A stretch of 64,000 bases of DNA from an uncultured Gammaproteobacteria bacterium (lineage in GTDB: Bacteria; Patescibacteriota; Microgenomatia; UBA10105; UBA927). The position numbers were made by a program, and so were the translations under genes. Positions 1 to 8,678 of this stretch are shown here, piece after piece; position 1 is the first letter of the stretch; each line of letters begins with the position of its first letter. The notes below the pieces were generated by a model. That model was not told where the DNA came from and ran no database searches. It saw nothing but the letters and a program-made list of their open reading frames with translations. The DNA lies in assembly GCA_964349125.1 (NCBI GenBank), contig CAYGFH010000001.1, forward strand, positions 644,801 through 708,800. Reading direction: 5' to 3'.

Positions 1-73
1 GGACTCGAACCTGCGAGGGATTGCTCCCGCGCGCTTTCCAAGCGCGTGCCATAGCCACTAGGCGACTCCTCCC
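1..73 (-). tRNA. tRNA-Ser (anticodon GGA), partial; the 3' acceptor strand lies beyond the window start
   Basis: The reverse complement of 1-73 reads GGGAGGAGTCGCC...CGCGC-TTGGAAA-GCGCG...GGTTCGAGTCC. It has the D-arm, an anticodon stem-loop with U33 and GGA at positions 34-36, a long variable arm (type II tRNA) and a T-arm GGTTCGAGTCC. It is truncated by the window edge. Confidence 0.6.
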
Positions 74-158
74 TACGTGCATTCTCTGGTCGCCCATGAG
101 GCTGCCAGAAAGATCATTATATCACCCCGAAGGCCTTTTTGGATGCTATAATCAGACA

Positions 159-1076
159 ATGTCTCCAAAAAAAATCGCACTGCTGTCCCTCATCATCTCT
201 TCCATTCTCTGGGCATCTTCTGGAACGGTAGCTAAAATTCTTCTCCCCTCTATAGATCCAATTCCACTTATGGCAATTCGAATTGGTATAGGAATTTCTA
301 TTCTTATTCCGCTGTACCTGTTCAAACCCCATAAGCCGTTTGTCCAAACCATCTCAGATACATGGCCTGCAATCCTTGGCGCCACGGGTAACTTTTTATT
401 TTTTATACTCGGTGTTTCACTCACTACGGCAAATGCCGCTGGAATTATCTACACGATCACTCCGCTTTTGACGCTGTTTCTCGCCAGTAAGACCATTCAG
501 GAGCTCTATACACCAAGACGGCTATATGGCATTCTTTTGGGGCTCTTCGGCGTCGCAGGCATCATGCTGCTTCCTGTTATTGAAGGCAAAGCGTCTATAA
601 GCGGAAACCCATTGGGAAATCTTCTTGTGTTATGTGCGGCATTTTGTTGGACTCTTTATATCGTCAGCTCTAGAAAAGCTATTTCAAAAAAGGGATATGA
701 ACCCCTTGCAGTTACAACGTTCTCTATGTCAGGGGCATTTATAATTTTTCTCCTGATCACCATCAGCACAGAGCACCGTCCCTTTCTTTCAGTTGCTCTT
801 TCCGGATTTCATCCGTGGCTATTACTCTATTACGGTGCACTGGTAACTGCTGTCACGTTTCTTATTCACCAGTGGGCAATCAAGCATTCTTCCGCGACCA
901 CAGCATCTCTGACAAACTATTTGCAACCGGTTTTTGCGTTTGTGTATAACGGTATATTTATCGGGGAGAAACTCACGCTTGGTTTTATTATCGGAAGTAT
1001 CTTTGTACTTGTTGGCACATTCCTCGCCACGAGCGAACAGGCAACTGCGTATAAAAATTCACTTAAGGGCAAGTGA
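159..1076 (+). CDS. DMT-superfamily (EamA-like) permease
   Basis: About 10 predicted TM helices in two halves, typical of the EamA duplication. The start was chosen at the internal Met (MSPKKIALLSL...) because the first 46 codons of the listed ORF overlap the tRNA. Confidence 0.7.
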   Translation: MSPKKIALLSLIISSILWASSGTVAKILLPSIDPIPLMAIRIGIGISILIPLYLFKPHKPFVQTISDTWPAILGATGNFLFFILGVSLTTANAAGIIYTITPLLTLFLASKTIQELYTPRRLYGILLGLFGVAGIMLLPVIEGKASISGNPLGNLLVLCAAFCWTLYIVSSRKAISKKGYEPLAVTTFSMSGAFIIFLLITISTEHRPFLSVALSGFHPWLLLYYGALVTAVTFLIHQWAIKHSSATTASLTNYLQPVFAFVYNGIFIGEKLTLGFIIGSIFVLVGTFLATSEQATAYKNSLKGK

Positions 1077-1793
1077 AAATCGGTGTATAGCCCCATCGAT
1101 ACACGCATCCCGCTTCTCAAATTGCGGTTTATCCAGCAAAGGGAAATCACTGCCTTTCGCATCACACTTTGCAAGCAGCAGCAGAGGGATATATAAATCA
1201 GCAACAACACCGTGAAACGCATCGAATATTTCATCAGGTGCTTCACTCATCGCAGTATTCACCACCGTATTTGCCGTCATATGAAGCAGTGCCAATTGTG
1301 CGATGGTTCGGACAGTTCCCTTCGGCAGATCAAACACATGCGCCATACCTATCGTCGAAAGGGCACTATGCACCTCATGGTCGGGACAGTTTGTCATACC
1401 TGTTGCTGCATCCGTGGTGAATGTCACTGGCTTGGCGATATCATGAAACAGAATTCCGAGTCTGATCAAGTCAGCATGACTGATACCATACACATGTGTT
1501 TTCAAATACGCGGCCAGCGCCACATCATGCTTCTTTGTGGCAAAATCCAGTTCGTCCAAAAATTCTTCGAATGCAGCCAAACACGCGGTCGTGTGGTCAA
1601 ACACGCTCTGGTGGTCATGCCACGGATTTATCTCAATGCAATCTCTGAGTGTGTAGAACTCTGGGAGTATAGTCTCAAGCGATCCCCCACGGATAGCACC
1701 AGATTGTACGACGTCTTGTATACTACTGCGCAAATTCTTCATGAAGTGTTTCTCGTATAGATTTCCACCAGTCATGGGAATCAGTTGATTCAA
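1059..1793 (-). CDS. HD-domain phosphohydrolase (CCA-adding/HD superfamily-like)
   Basis: Contains the LGILFHDIAKP HD motif with a downstream His/Asp-rich region. The true start may be an internal Met, because the 5' 70 nt overlap the upstream gene. Confidence 0.55.
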   Translation of the reverse strand: MNQLIPMTGGNLYEKHFMKNLRSSIQDVVQSGAIRGGSLETILPEFYTLRDCIEINPWHDHQSVFDHTTACLAAFEEFLDELDFATKKHDVALAAYLKTHVYGISHADLIRLGILFHDIAKPVTFTTDAATGMTNCPDHEVHSALSTIGMAHVFDLPKGTVRTIAQLALLHMTANTVVNTAMSEAPDEIFDAFHGVVADLYIPLLLLAKCDAKGSDFPLLDKPQFEKRDACIDGAIHRFSLALK

Positions 1794-2340
1794 TCTCCCG
1801 GGCGAGCGCTATGGCCTCCGGCATACGCAGTCGGGTCGCATTCCCCCGGAACCAATCAGCAGCGTGCGTGTTTCCCTTTTCCATCAGAAGCTTGAGTTCC
1901 ACCAGAAACGCGACGACATTTGCTTCGTACGTGATACGCGCTTCCAACGTTTCCTTTTTTTCGTAGGTGGTCAGTGTATCCAATAATCCGTCATCGATTC
2001 CCTTAAAAATATCACTGTTCGCGCGATCCTGATCCCGTTGCATATAGAATTTTGCGATTTTATCCATATCCCCGGTTCTGGCTTCATGAAAATCGTGGAA
2101 AATACTCATGATAAGCACGGTTTCCATGTTTAGGCTTAGCTCTGGAGAATTTGTTTTCAGTTCCTTCGCCAAAAAATATGCGATGACACAGGTCATAAAT
2201 GTATGCTCACCAACTCCCTCTTCGTTATCACCCATGATCATCCACCCTGTGCGTTTCATGCGTTTCACTACAGCCGCTTCGAAAATCAGATTTTTTATAC
2301 TCGTTACATTTTTTGTATCCATATGTGTTTTACTGTTCAA
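1723..2340 (-). CDS. HD-domain 5'-deoxynucleotidase (YfbR/HDDC2-like)
   Basis: HTFMTCVIAYFLA...FHDFHEARTGDMD matches the H...HD...E..GD metal-binding signature of YfbR-type HD hydrolases. Length is 205 aa. Confidence 0.65.
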   Translation of the reverse strand: MNSKTHMDTKNVTSIKNLIFEAAVVKRMKRTGWMIMGDNEEGVGEHTFMTCVIAYFLAKELKTNSPELSLNMETVLIMSIFHDFHEARTGDMDKIAKFYMQRDQDRANSDIFKGIDDGLLDTLTTYEKKETLEARITYEANVVAFLVELKLLMEKGNTHAADWFRGNATRLRMPEAIALAREIESTDSHDWWKSIRETLHEEFAQ

Positions 2341-2373
2341 AATCTCGTATTATTTTGCAGTTCTATGTTTTCG

Positions 2374-2469
2374 TTCTTTTGTTGTCCCACCGGAGCTATC
2401 GCTCCTTTGGGATGTATCCCAAAGCTCTTTTCTTTTGTTGTCCCACCGGAGCTATCGCTCCTTTGGGAC
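2374..2469. repeat. Two direct copies (period about 56 bp) of a ~34-bp element, TTGTCCCACCGGAGCTATCGCTCCTTTGGGA, around a perfect 8-bp hairpin
   Basis: Copy 1 is about 2381-2412 and copy 2 about 2437-2468. Between them CTTTGGGA-tgta-TCCCAAAG (2405-2424) forms a perfect 8-bp stem, followed on the plus strand by CTCTTTTCTTTTG. The element lies between tRNA-Arg and the start of the YfbR-like gene. Confidence 0.7.
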
Positions 2470-2522
2470 ATTGATAATTCTAAACTCTTCACTGTGAAGT
2501 GATTCGTTAAGACATATCAATG

Positions 2523-2594
2523 TGCTCTCGGACAGAGTCGAACTGTCATCAAAGCCTTCGGAGGGCCTCATTCTATCCATTGAACTACGAGAGC
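2523..2594 (-). tRNA. tRNA-Arg (anticodon CCG)
   Basis: The reverse complement reads GCTCTCG-TA-GTTCAATGGATAGAAT-GAGGC-CTCCGAA-GGCTT-TTGAT-GACAG-TTCGACT-CTGTC-CGAGAGC-A. The acceptor stem is a perfect 7 bp, the T-loop is TTCGACT, and the anticodon loop has U33 then CCG. Confidence 0.8.
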
Positions 2595-2635
2595 TGGTGC
2601 ATGCATTATACCCTGATTATGTGTGAAACGGAATT

Positions 2636-3052
2636 TTACGCCATCATTGCGAGGTCACCATGAAGAACCGTAGGTTGCATCGCATGAAGCTCTGTTATGT
2701 AATCCATATCAGGAATTGGATTGAGTAAAAACATTTTCTTGCCGAGCCAGTATGCCAACCCTATTTCTAAAAATGTGTTTCCGCCAATGTAGTTAGCAAT
2801 CCCTTTCTTGTCATAGTTGAGAACAAGTATCGCATCGGATTTTTCGATTTTTTTGAAATGTTCCCGTATGAAATCATGCTCAATTTTTGCCTCCACTTTC
2901 GCCTCATCTATAGTCGGATGCACATAGCCTATGGTATCCATGAGCTCTATGCTCTTTGGAACATATACTGTATGCCTCATCGCTTCCAAATCGAGCTTTG
3001 CTTTACTCATTTCCTTATGAAACTGCATGCTTCCACAAATAGTAATAATCAT
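2636..3052 (-). CDS. hypothetical protein (possibly nucleoside 2-deoxyribosyltransferase-like fold)
   Basis: 138 aa. The N-terminal ICGSMQF and G.NT.LE.G.A...GK pattern is reminiscent of the nucleoside deoxyribosyltransferase-like/DUF4406 family. Recalled from memory only. Confidence 0.35.
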   Translation of the reverse strand: MIITICGSMQFHKEMSKAKLDLEAMRHTVYVPKSIELMDTIGYVHPTIDEAKVEAKIEHDFIREHFKKIEKSDAILVLNYDKKGIANYIGGNTFLEIGLAYWLGKKMFLLNPIPDMDYITELHAMQPTVLHGDLAMMA

Positions 3053-3918
3053 TATTTGTTTCCTTTCTTATGCTCCGCAACAGCCGGCAGTATCGATGCT
3101 AAAAATATACAGATACCCCCCACTAATACCGGCATAGTCGGAATTTCTTTGAAAAAAATCATCATCAGCACGATGCCTATAATGGTATCATTCAACAATA
3201 TGATGCTCCCTATTTGTCCATCTACATATCTGAATCCGTAAGCGACAAGTTGGCCGGTAAATGCCTGCGTCAGCCCCAAATAGGAGAGTGACACCAGTGG
3301 CACTCCGAAGGATATCCCATTCCACGATTCCCGCAATGCCAGAGATACTCCAATCGCGAGGATAGCTGCAAGCCCGTTATCCAGTACGACCAATTGTGTG
3401 AGCGGATATGATTTGGATATGGGACGGGAAAATATACTCCACAGTCCAGCACACATGCCGCCAAACGCCGAGATAAAAATGTTTACGTCGAAAGAAAAGC
3501 CTTGATTCGTAAAGTACATACTTAAGAGGCCCAATGCGGTTAACACGAGCGACACTATTTTCACTCGAGTCATTCGCTCTTTGTACCAGACGTATCCCAC
3601 CATTGTTGTCGCAAGTATCATCCCGGCGTAAAACGAAAACAGGGCAGTTCCAACTGGGATTTTTGCTATGGCAAAAAACAGTCCTGTCGTTGAGAGGATA
3701 TTCGCGCTCGACCTGGCGAGAAACCATTGTATGTCGCCACGTATTACGCGCTTCCACGGGACGAACCAAATAACTAAAAGTACGACGACAAGCGCGCGTA
3801 TAGATGTAGAGAGAAAAGGGGCCACCTCAGCGCCCGCGATTCTCGTGGCAATATTTTGAGAGCCGTATAAAAATGCGGCTGCAAACAACGATAAAAAACC
3901 AAGGCTTAATTGATTCAT
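3052..3918 (-). CDS. DMT-superfamily (EamA-like) permease
   Basis: 288 aa and about 10 TM helices. Second EamA-type transporter of the window. The stop overlaps the start of the upstream gene. Confidence 0.7.
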   Translation of the reverse strand: MNQLSLGFLSLFAAAFLYGSQNIATRIAGAEVAPFLSTSIRALVVVLLVIWFVPWKRVIRGDIQWFLARSSANILSTTGLFFAIAKIPVGTALFSFYAGMILATTMVGYVWYKERMTRVKIVSLVLTALGLLSMYFTNQGFSFDVNIFISAFGGMCAGLWSIFSRPISKSYPLTQLVVLDNGLAAILAIGVSLALRESWNGISFGVPLVSLSYLGLTQAFTGQLVAYGFRYVDGQIGSIILLNDTIIGIVLMMIFFKEIPTMPVLVGGICIFLASILPAVAEHKKGNK

Positions 3919-3920
3919 AT

Positions 3921-5327
3921 TCAGGTTTTTGCAAGTATTGGAGATGATATCACTTTTATCTGCGATAACTCTCTAAATCCCTCAATGCCATGCTCCCTGC
4001 CAATTCCGGACTTTTTATATCCACCAAATGGATTAAATGGATGGAAATGCCCCACACCGTTTATATCTATGGTACCCGCCTGGATTTGCTGGGCAACTCT
4101 CTCTGCTTTCTGTATATCGCGGGTAAATACCTGTGCACCAAGACCAAATTCTGTTTCATTTGCCAAACGGACAGCCTCTTCTTCTGTCGCAAATGGCACA
4201 ACTGGCAACACGGGACCAAATACTTCCTCTTTCCAGACGCGCATTGCAGGAGTTACACCCGTGAGAAGCGCGGGAGAAAAATACGCACCCACGAGCTTCT
4301 TATCAAGTGGTAATTGGAACACTGTTGCGCCAAATTTTCTTGCATCTTCTACCTGATCCGAGAGCAATTCGAGTTGTTTTTTGGAGACAAGCGGACCTAT
4401 TGCAGTCTTTGGATCCGTTGGATTTCCGACAATCATTGCAGAAATTCTTTTTTTTAATTTATCCACTACATCGTCGAAAATTGATGCATGGACCAGCAAT
4501 CGCTTATCAGCATCACACGTCTGTCCGCTAAACATAAACCGTTTTGATGAGATCGATGAAACAGCACTATCAACATCAGCATCATCAAATACGATCGCAG
4601 GATTTGATCCACCCAACTCAAGCACAGCTTTTATCCCTTTACGTGCTGCCACATTGTATAACGATTGCCCTACAGCCGTGCTTCCGGTAAACCAGATAAG
4701 ATTAATATCACCCTCGACAAGCACACTCCCCACATCTGCCCCTCCGTGGATAAACGATAACACCCCCTTGGGTAACCCTGCTTCATGGGCAATCGTTTCA
4801 AGAAGTTGTCCTGTGAGGATACATTCTTCCGCGGCTTTATACACCACAGTATTACCTGCCAAAAGAGTAGGAATCACTCCCCAGATAAACATGTCAAATG
4901 GCAAGTTCCAGGGAGTAATAACAGCCGCAACACCGATGGGCTCGTAATACGCGGTATGAAGGGAGATGGAAGTCTTTCCTGTCACCGTGGGACAGAGCGC
5001 TTCCTCAGCATGATCTACAAACCAATTCGCGTATCCCCAATCCCATTGAATCTCTTCTGTACATTCCTGTATTGGGGTACCAATCTCTTGAGTGATAATC
5101 TGCGCTATCTCATTGGCATGCGACGTATATGCCTCAAGTAATTTCTTGACAAACGGAATTCTCGCTCTTACTCCTAACTGCCTCCATGAAGAAAACGCAT
5201 CATGCGCATATCGAATTTTTTTTGTAATTTCTATAGAAGATGTTACGTGTACAGATCCTATTGCACTATACCCATCTGCTGGATTCGTGGAGGTTAGTAA
5301 TTCTGACATAGTTGCGTTGCCCCGCAT
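3921..5327 (-). CDS. NAD(P)-dependent aldehyde dehydrogenase
   Basis: 468 aa. Motifs FTGSTAVGQ, ELGGSNPAIV and catalytic-Cys GQTCDA, plus the EEVFGPV glutamate region, match the ALDH superfamily. Confidence 0.8.
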   Translation of the reverse strand: MRGNATMSELLTSTNPADGYSAIGSVHVTSSIEITKKIRYAHDAFSSWRQLGVRARIPFVKKLLEAYTSHANEIAQIITQEIGTPIQECTEEIQWDWGYANWFVDHAEEALCPTVTGKTSISLHTAYYEPIGVAAVITPWNLPFDMFIWGVIPTLLAGNTVVYKAAEECILTGQLLETIAHEAGLPKGVLSFIHGGADVGSVLVEGDINLIWFTGSTAVGQSLYNVAARKGIKAVLELGGSNPAIVFDDADVDSAVSSISSKRFMFSGQTCDADKRLLVHASIFDDVVDKLKKRISAMIVGNPTDPKTAIGPLVSKKQLELLSDQVEDARKFGATVFQLPLDKKLVGAYFSPALLTGVTPAMRVWKEEVFGPVLPVVPFATEEEAVRLANETEFGLGAQVFTRDIQKAERVAQQIQAGTIDINGVGHFHPFNPFGGYKKSGIGREHGIEGFRELSQIKVISSPILAKT

Positions 5328-5381
5328 TCAAGCTGAGGATACAGCCTGCCTGCCGGCGAGGCAGGGATTCGAACAATTGCA

Positions 5382-5471
5382 TGGCGGAAGCGGCGAGATT
5401 CGAACTCGCGTGAGCCTTTCGACTCCCAAGGTTTTCGAGACCTGGCCGTTTAACCACTCCGACACGCTTCC
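5382..5471 (-). tRNA. tRNA-Ser (anticodon CGA)
   Basis: The reverse complement reads GGAAGCG-TG-TCGG-AGTGGTTAAA-CGGC...CTCGAAA...long variable arm...GCGAG-TTCGAAT-CTCGC-CGCTTCC-G-CCA. Type II tRNA with encoded CCA. Anticodon loop is CUCGAAA. Confidence 0.75.
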
Positions 5472-5519
5472 TACTATATGCCCTGACACAGCAACCGTGT
5501 CAGCAGTACTATGACTGTG

Positions 5520-5591
5520 CGCTCCCGCGCAGAATCGAACTGCGATCAGAGGTTCCGCAAACCCCTATTCTATCCGTTAAACTACAGGAGC
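5520..5591 (-). tRNA. tRNA-Arg, anticodon apparently GCG (G34, not the bacterial A34/I34)
   Basis: The reverse complement reads GCTCCTG-TA-GTTTAACGGATAGAAT-A-GGGGT-TTGCGGA-ACCTC-TGAT-CGCAG-TTCGATT-CTGCG-CGGGAGC-G. The loop T32 T33 G34 C35 G36 G37 A38 is the Arg(ACG)-type context, but with G at position 34. Confidence 0.65.
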
Positions 5592-5693
5592 ATTCGTATG
5601 TAAATACGATCGCATCTCAATACCCACAGATAACCCGATGGATACAACGAGACGCGTGGCCGTATTATACCCTGAAATATGCACGAACGTAAA

Positions 5694-6215
5694 TTAGCGC
5701 GTAGGAGGTTTTTCCAGGGGAACTTTGTCTGAGAGCCAAGTAGCTGCATTATCTACCCATGTTTTTTCAGGCTCCTCACGGAATTGGATATATTTTGCTA
5801 CGGTTTCCTTCACTTTATTTTTATTTTCGTGGCCTAAAAGCAATATGATACGTGTACCCACAATTGGCTTTATCTGTAACATGGTTTGTCCCCACTGTGT
5901 ATCAAACCAAAACTCACTGAGCTCTTCCCATCGGTACAACCGCCCAACGCTCTCAACTCCCAGCGTGGTGATATGATTTTCCACCTCTTCAGGGGGGACA
6001 GTGGAGAGCACGTAGATCAAAAATACGATTGAAACAACAGCAGCGATGAGCAAAAACTCCCGGGCAAACACTAAAATAACGATAAGTAAAAATACAATTG
6101 CTCCAATGTTGGTAAAATACTCTTTATCCCGCTTTTTAAATAAGCGTGATGGAGCGGTCCAGGACAACAAGACCTCACGTTGTTTCGGCAGCTTCAACTC
6201 TTGAGAATCTTCCAT
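5694..6215 (-). CDS. hypothetical membrane protein (2 TM)
   Basis: 173 aa with two adjacent hydrophobic helices after a charged N-terminus. No recognisable motif. Confidence 0.4.
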   Translation of the reverse strand: MEDSQELKLPKQREVLLSWTAPSRLFKKRDKEYFTNIGAIVFLLIVILVFAREFLLIAAVVSIVFLIYVLSTVPPEEVENHITTLGVESVGRLYRWEELSEFWFDTQWGQTMLQIKPIVGTRIILLLGHENKNKVKETVAKYIQFREEPEKTWVDNAATWLSDKVPLEKPPTR

Positions 6216-6265
6216 ATCTTACTTCAGTATATATCAATACTCGCGGTGAGTAAAAGGATTGGTTC

Positions 6266-6796
6266 TTAGCGGGAAAGTTTGTGGTATATCGGGCACCCGG
6301 GGTAGTGTGCACCCGGAAGATATCCGGTACTCATGAGGAACTCATTTACAATTTCTCCACCGGTAAAATGAAATGTTTTTTTGAACAGTTTCACCCATTC
6401 CTCCTTGGTGAAGTCTGCATGCCTATCCAGCCAGTGTTTGAACGAGCCGAATTCTTTTTGGATGGAGAGTATGACGTTTGCGTTGTAGATAGCAGCGTCA
6501 ATTTTCAGTCTGTTCCTGATTATTCCCGCGTCTGAGAGCAACCTCTTTCGCTCACGTTCCCCATAGGTTGCCACCTTGAATATGGAAAACCCATCAAACG
6601 CCCGTTTGAATTGCTGCTGTTTCTTCAAAATCGTAGCCCAACTGAGTCCCGCCTGATTTATTTCCAGCACGAGTCTTTCAAACAATTCATCATCAGACAC
6701 CATAGGGAAGCCGTATGCCGTATCGTGATAGATCCTGTGCAAATCGGAGAGGGGAAGTGATTGCACAAAGTCACAGTAAGTTTGTTGGTTTGCCAT
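6266..6796 (-). CDS. tag: DNA-3-methyladenine glycosylase I
   Basis: 176 aa. YHDTAYGFP...DDELFERLVLEINQAGLSW..IL.K...F..AF plus C-terminal Cys/His zinc-site residues match Tag. Confidence 0.8.
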   Translation of the reverse strand: MANQQTYCDFVQSLPLSDLHRIYHDTAYGFPMVSDDELFERLVLEINQAGLSWATILKKQQQFKRAFDGFSIFKVATYGERERKRLLSDAGIIRNRLKIDAAIYNANVILSIQKEFGSFKHWLDRHADFTKEEWVKLFKKTFHFTGGEIVNEFLMSTGYLPGAHYPGCPIYHKLSR

Positions 6797-6938
6797 ATAG
6801 TCTAGTTATTTAGTTCTAACATATGAGTGTGAAATCGCAGATAACAATGTAGTAAAACGGATGAAGGATCTTAAGAGTATAGTTCGTTTTGAGCCATTAG
6901 ACAATCAGTATCGAATAAAAAGGTAGGCTTCCTAAAAT

Positions 6939-7652
6939 CTAAAGTTGCATATGGTGTTTAATAATGTGTTTGCACGTAGTTACTACTTTATTGAAATACG
7001 ATTCATACAATCCAAACAAACCGTAATAACTAATTATAATCACTGGAATAATTAATGGTAAATAGTATCTATACCACGTCAACTGTAAGAACGGATATAT
7101 ATACAAAAACGTAACAAAAATATATATGGCCATAAAACGCTCTACAATCGAAACTTTCAAGAATAATTTTTGAATTATAAAGTAGAATCCCAATAAAAAA
7201 CTAACTGTGTTTAAAAAAGAAGATAGCGTAATATTCCTCACAGAAGGATCAGAGCTGTTAAATATCGCCGCCCATGAAGCAATAGCTCTCTCATATGCTG
7301 AATTTATTACGGTAGTATAATTTTTCGGATCAAGTATCTGGCCAATCATCACTTCCTGCCTACTTAAAAAGTATTTCAACGTATTATCAATAGGGTGCAA
7401 ATACACCGTCGGATTGGTGATCAGCCAGATATCAAACCCGATGACCCAAATTATTGTGATATAGAATATTTTTTTGAGAAAATATTTTCTCGTAATTAGA
7501 TATTCAATTATAAAATACGCTGATATAACTATAAAAAAGGTTATTCCGGTCAGTTTTGAAGCAAATGAAAGTCCTCCTATTATTCCTGAGATAATCAAAA
7601 AACCAAGTGATTTATATTCAAGAAATAATATAAAAGCAAGCAACGCAAACAT
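6939..7652 (-). CDS. polytopic membrane protein, C-terminal portion (possible continuation of 7595-8209 after a frameshift)
   Basis: 237 aa, very hydrophobic and AT-rich. Overlaps the upstream ORF. Together the two would give a ~440-aa GT-C-like protein. Confidence 0.4.
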   Translation of the reverse strand: MFALLAFILFLEYKSLGFLIISGIIGGLSFASKLTGITFFIVISAYFIIEYLITRKYFLKKIFYITIIWVIGFDIWLITNPTVYLHPIDNTLKYFLSRQEVMIGQILDPKNYTTVINSAYERAIASWAAIFNSSDPSVRNITLSSFLNTVSFLLGFYFIIQKLFLKVSIVERFMAIYIFVTFLYIYPFLQLTWYRYYLPLIIPVIIISYYGLFGLYESYFNKVVTTCKHIIKHHMQL

Positions 7653-8209
7653 TGAAAAAAAATATAAGAAGCATCTGGTAAGGCTTTTAGCATCGATTTA
7701 ATAAATATATCGTTATTCAACAGAACAAATACGATTCCGATGGAAAACATGCTCTTGGTTAATAAAAAGAAATTTATACACACTAAGATAAGTGTTAGCC
7801 ACGTGAGAATCACACTCACATACCGCATTTGATAAATATATATTGAGAACGGTGTGCGTAAAAAATCGTCTTCGGTTTCAAATTGCCCAAAAACCCAACG
7901 TCCATAGCGAGTAATGAGATCGTCCCTTGTCTGTGTGAAATCACCATATATCGTAGTTAAGTAATACCCATACATATATCGAGACACTGGGGGATGATCA
8001 AAATTCACGTCAAATTTCCAAAATGGTGATTCAAAATCCTTATTCCGTAAAAGAGTGTAACTTTCTGTTCCATAAAAGGTATGAATTTCATCTTGATCTA
8101 ATGGGATTGTTAAAGACATTGAGTGCAACCATCCGAACAGGTACACAAAAATGACCACAACAAGGGTCCATTGTATGACGGGAAGTAGTTGCTTACAACG
8201 TAAGCTCAT
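7595..8209 (-). CDS. polytopic membrane protein, N-terminal portion (GT-C/PMT-ArnT-like)
   Basis: 204 aa. One N-terminal TM, then a loop containing a DQDEIHTFY (DE..Y-like) motif, then further TMs. Its 3' end overlaps the next ORF by 58 nt in another frame. Confidence 0.4.
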   Translation of the reverse strand: MSLRCKQLLPVIQWTLVVVIFVYLFGWLHSMSLTIPLDQDEIHTFYGTESYTLLRNKDFESPFWKFDVNFDHPPVSRYMYGYYLTTIYGDFTQTRDDLITRYGRWVFGQFETEDDFLRTPFSIYIYQMRYVSVILTWLTLILVCINFFLLTKSMFSIGIVFVLLNNDIFIKSMLKALPDASYIFFQCLRCLLLYYFLNINHLVF

Positions 8210-8315
8210 ACATATATGTATAAATGAGAATATAGTAGGTCATATTCAAAGTAGAGTATCTCATCAAATATGTGGTTTGAATATCTACTTTCTGCACGTG
8301 TGCGTATGTATTCTG

Positions 8316-8403
8316 CGGAGAGGGAGGGATTCGAACCCTCGAAGAGCTTGCGCCCTTACCTGTTTTCAAGACAGGCGCACTAGACCAACTATGCGACCTC
8401 TCC
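8316..8403 (-). tRNA. tRNA-Ser (anticodon TGA)
   Basis: The reverse complement reads GGAGAGG-TC-GCAT-AGTTGGTCTAGTGC-G-CCTGT-CTTGAAA-ACAGG-long variable arm-GAGGG-TTCGAAT-CCCTC-CCTCTCC-G. Length 88 nt, type II. Confidence 0.8.
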
Positions 8404-8438
8404 CGCGATGACAATACTATTCATTATACATTGACGTG

Positions 8439-8527
8439 CGGAGGAGGTGGGATTTGAACCCACGCGAGCCTTATTCAGGCTCAAGGGTTTAGCAAACCCT
8501 CGCAATGGACCGCTATGCGACTCCTCC
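8439..8527 (-). tRNA. tRNA-Ser (anticodon GCT)
   Basis: The reverse complement reads GGAGGAG-TC-GCAT-AGCGGTCCATTGC-G-AGGGT-TTGCTAA-ACCCT-variable arm-GTGGG-TTCAAAT-CCCAC-CTCCTCC-G. Length 89 nt. Confidence 0.8.
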
Positions 8528-8619
8528 CGTTTGTTGCGACGTTTTGTAATTATATCAAAATAATCGTACTGAAGGGGAAATCATCTCTATAATAAGATAA
8601 TCACCATACAAAACAGGCA

Positions 8620-8657
8620 GCGCAGTATTACCGAATGAGGCTGAACATTGTATAATG
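8620..8657 (+). promoter_or_regulatory. candidate sigma70-type promoter for the plus-strand tRNA (-10 TATAAT at 8651-8656, preceded by TG)
   Basis: CATTGTATAATGAG lies 22 nt upstream of the mature tRNA 5' end at 8679. Confidence 0.35.
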
Positions 8658-8678
8658 AGATGTTTTATGGACACTCAT

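Noticed and set aside
3990-5514. Numerous plus-strand ORFs (3990-4313, 4381-4947, 4785-5141, 5092-5514) antisense to the aldehyde dehydrogenase gene
   Set aside because: They are fully contained antisense within a well-supported 468-aa ALDH gene and carry no motifs. Typical shadow ORFs.
8151-8414. ORFs 8151-8411 (+) and 8193-8414 (-) in the six-frame track
   Set aside because: They lie entirely over tRNA-Ser(TGA) and its flanks. Low-complexity translations. Spurious.
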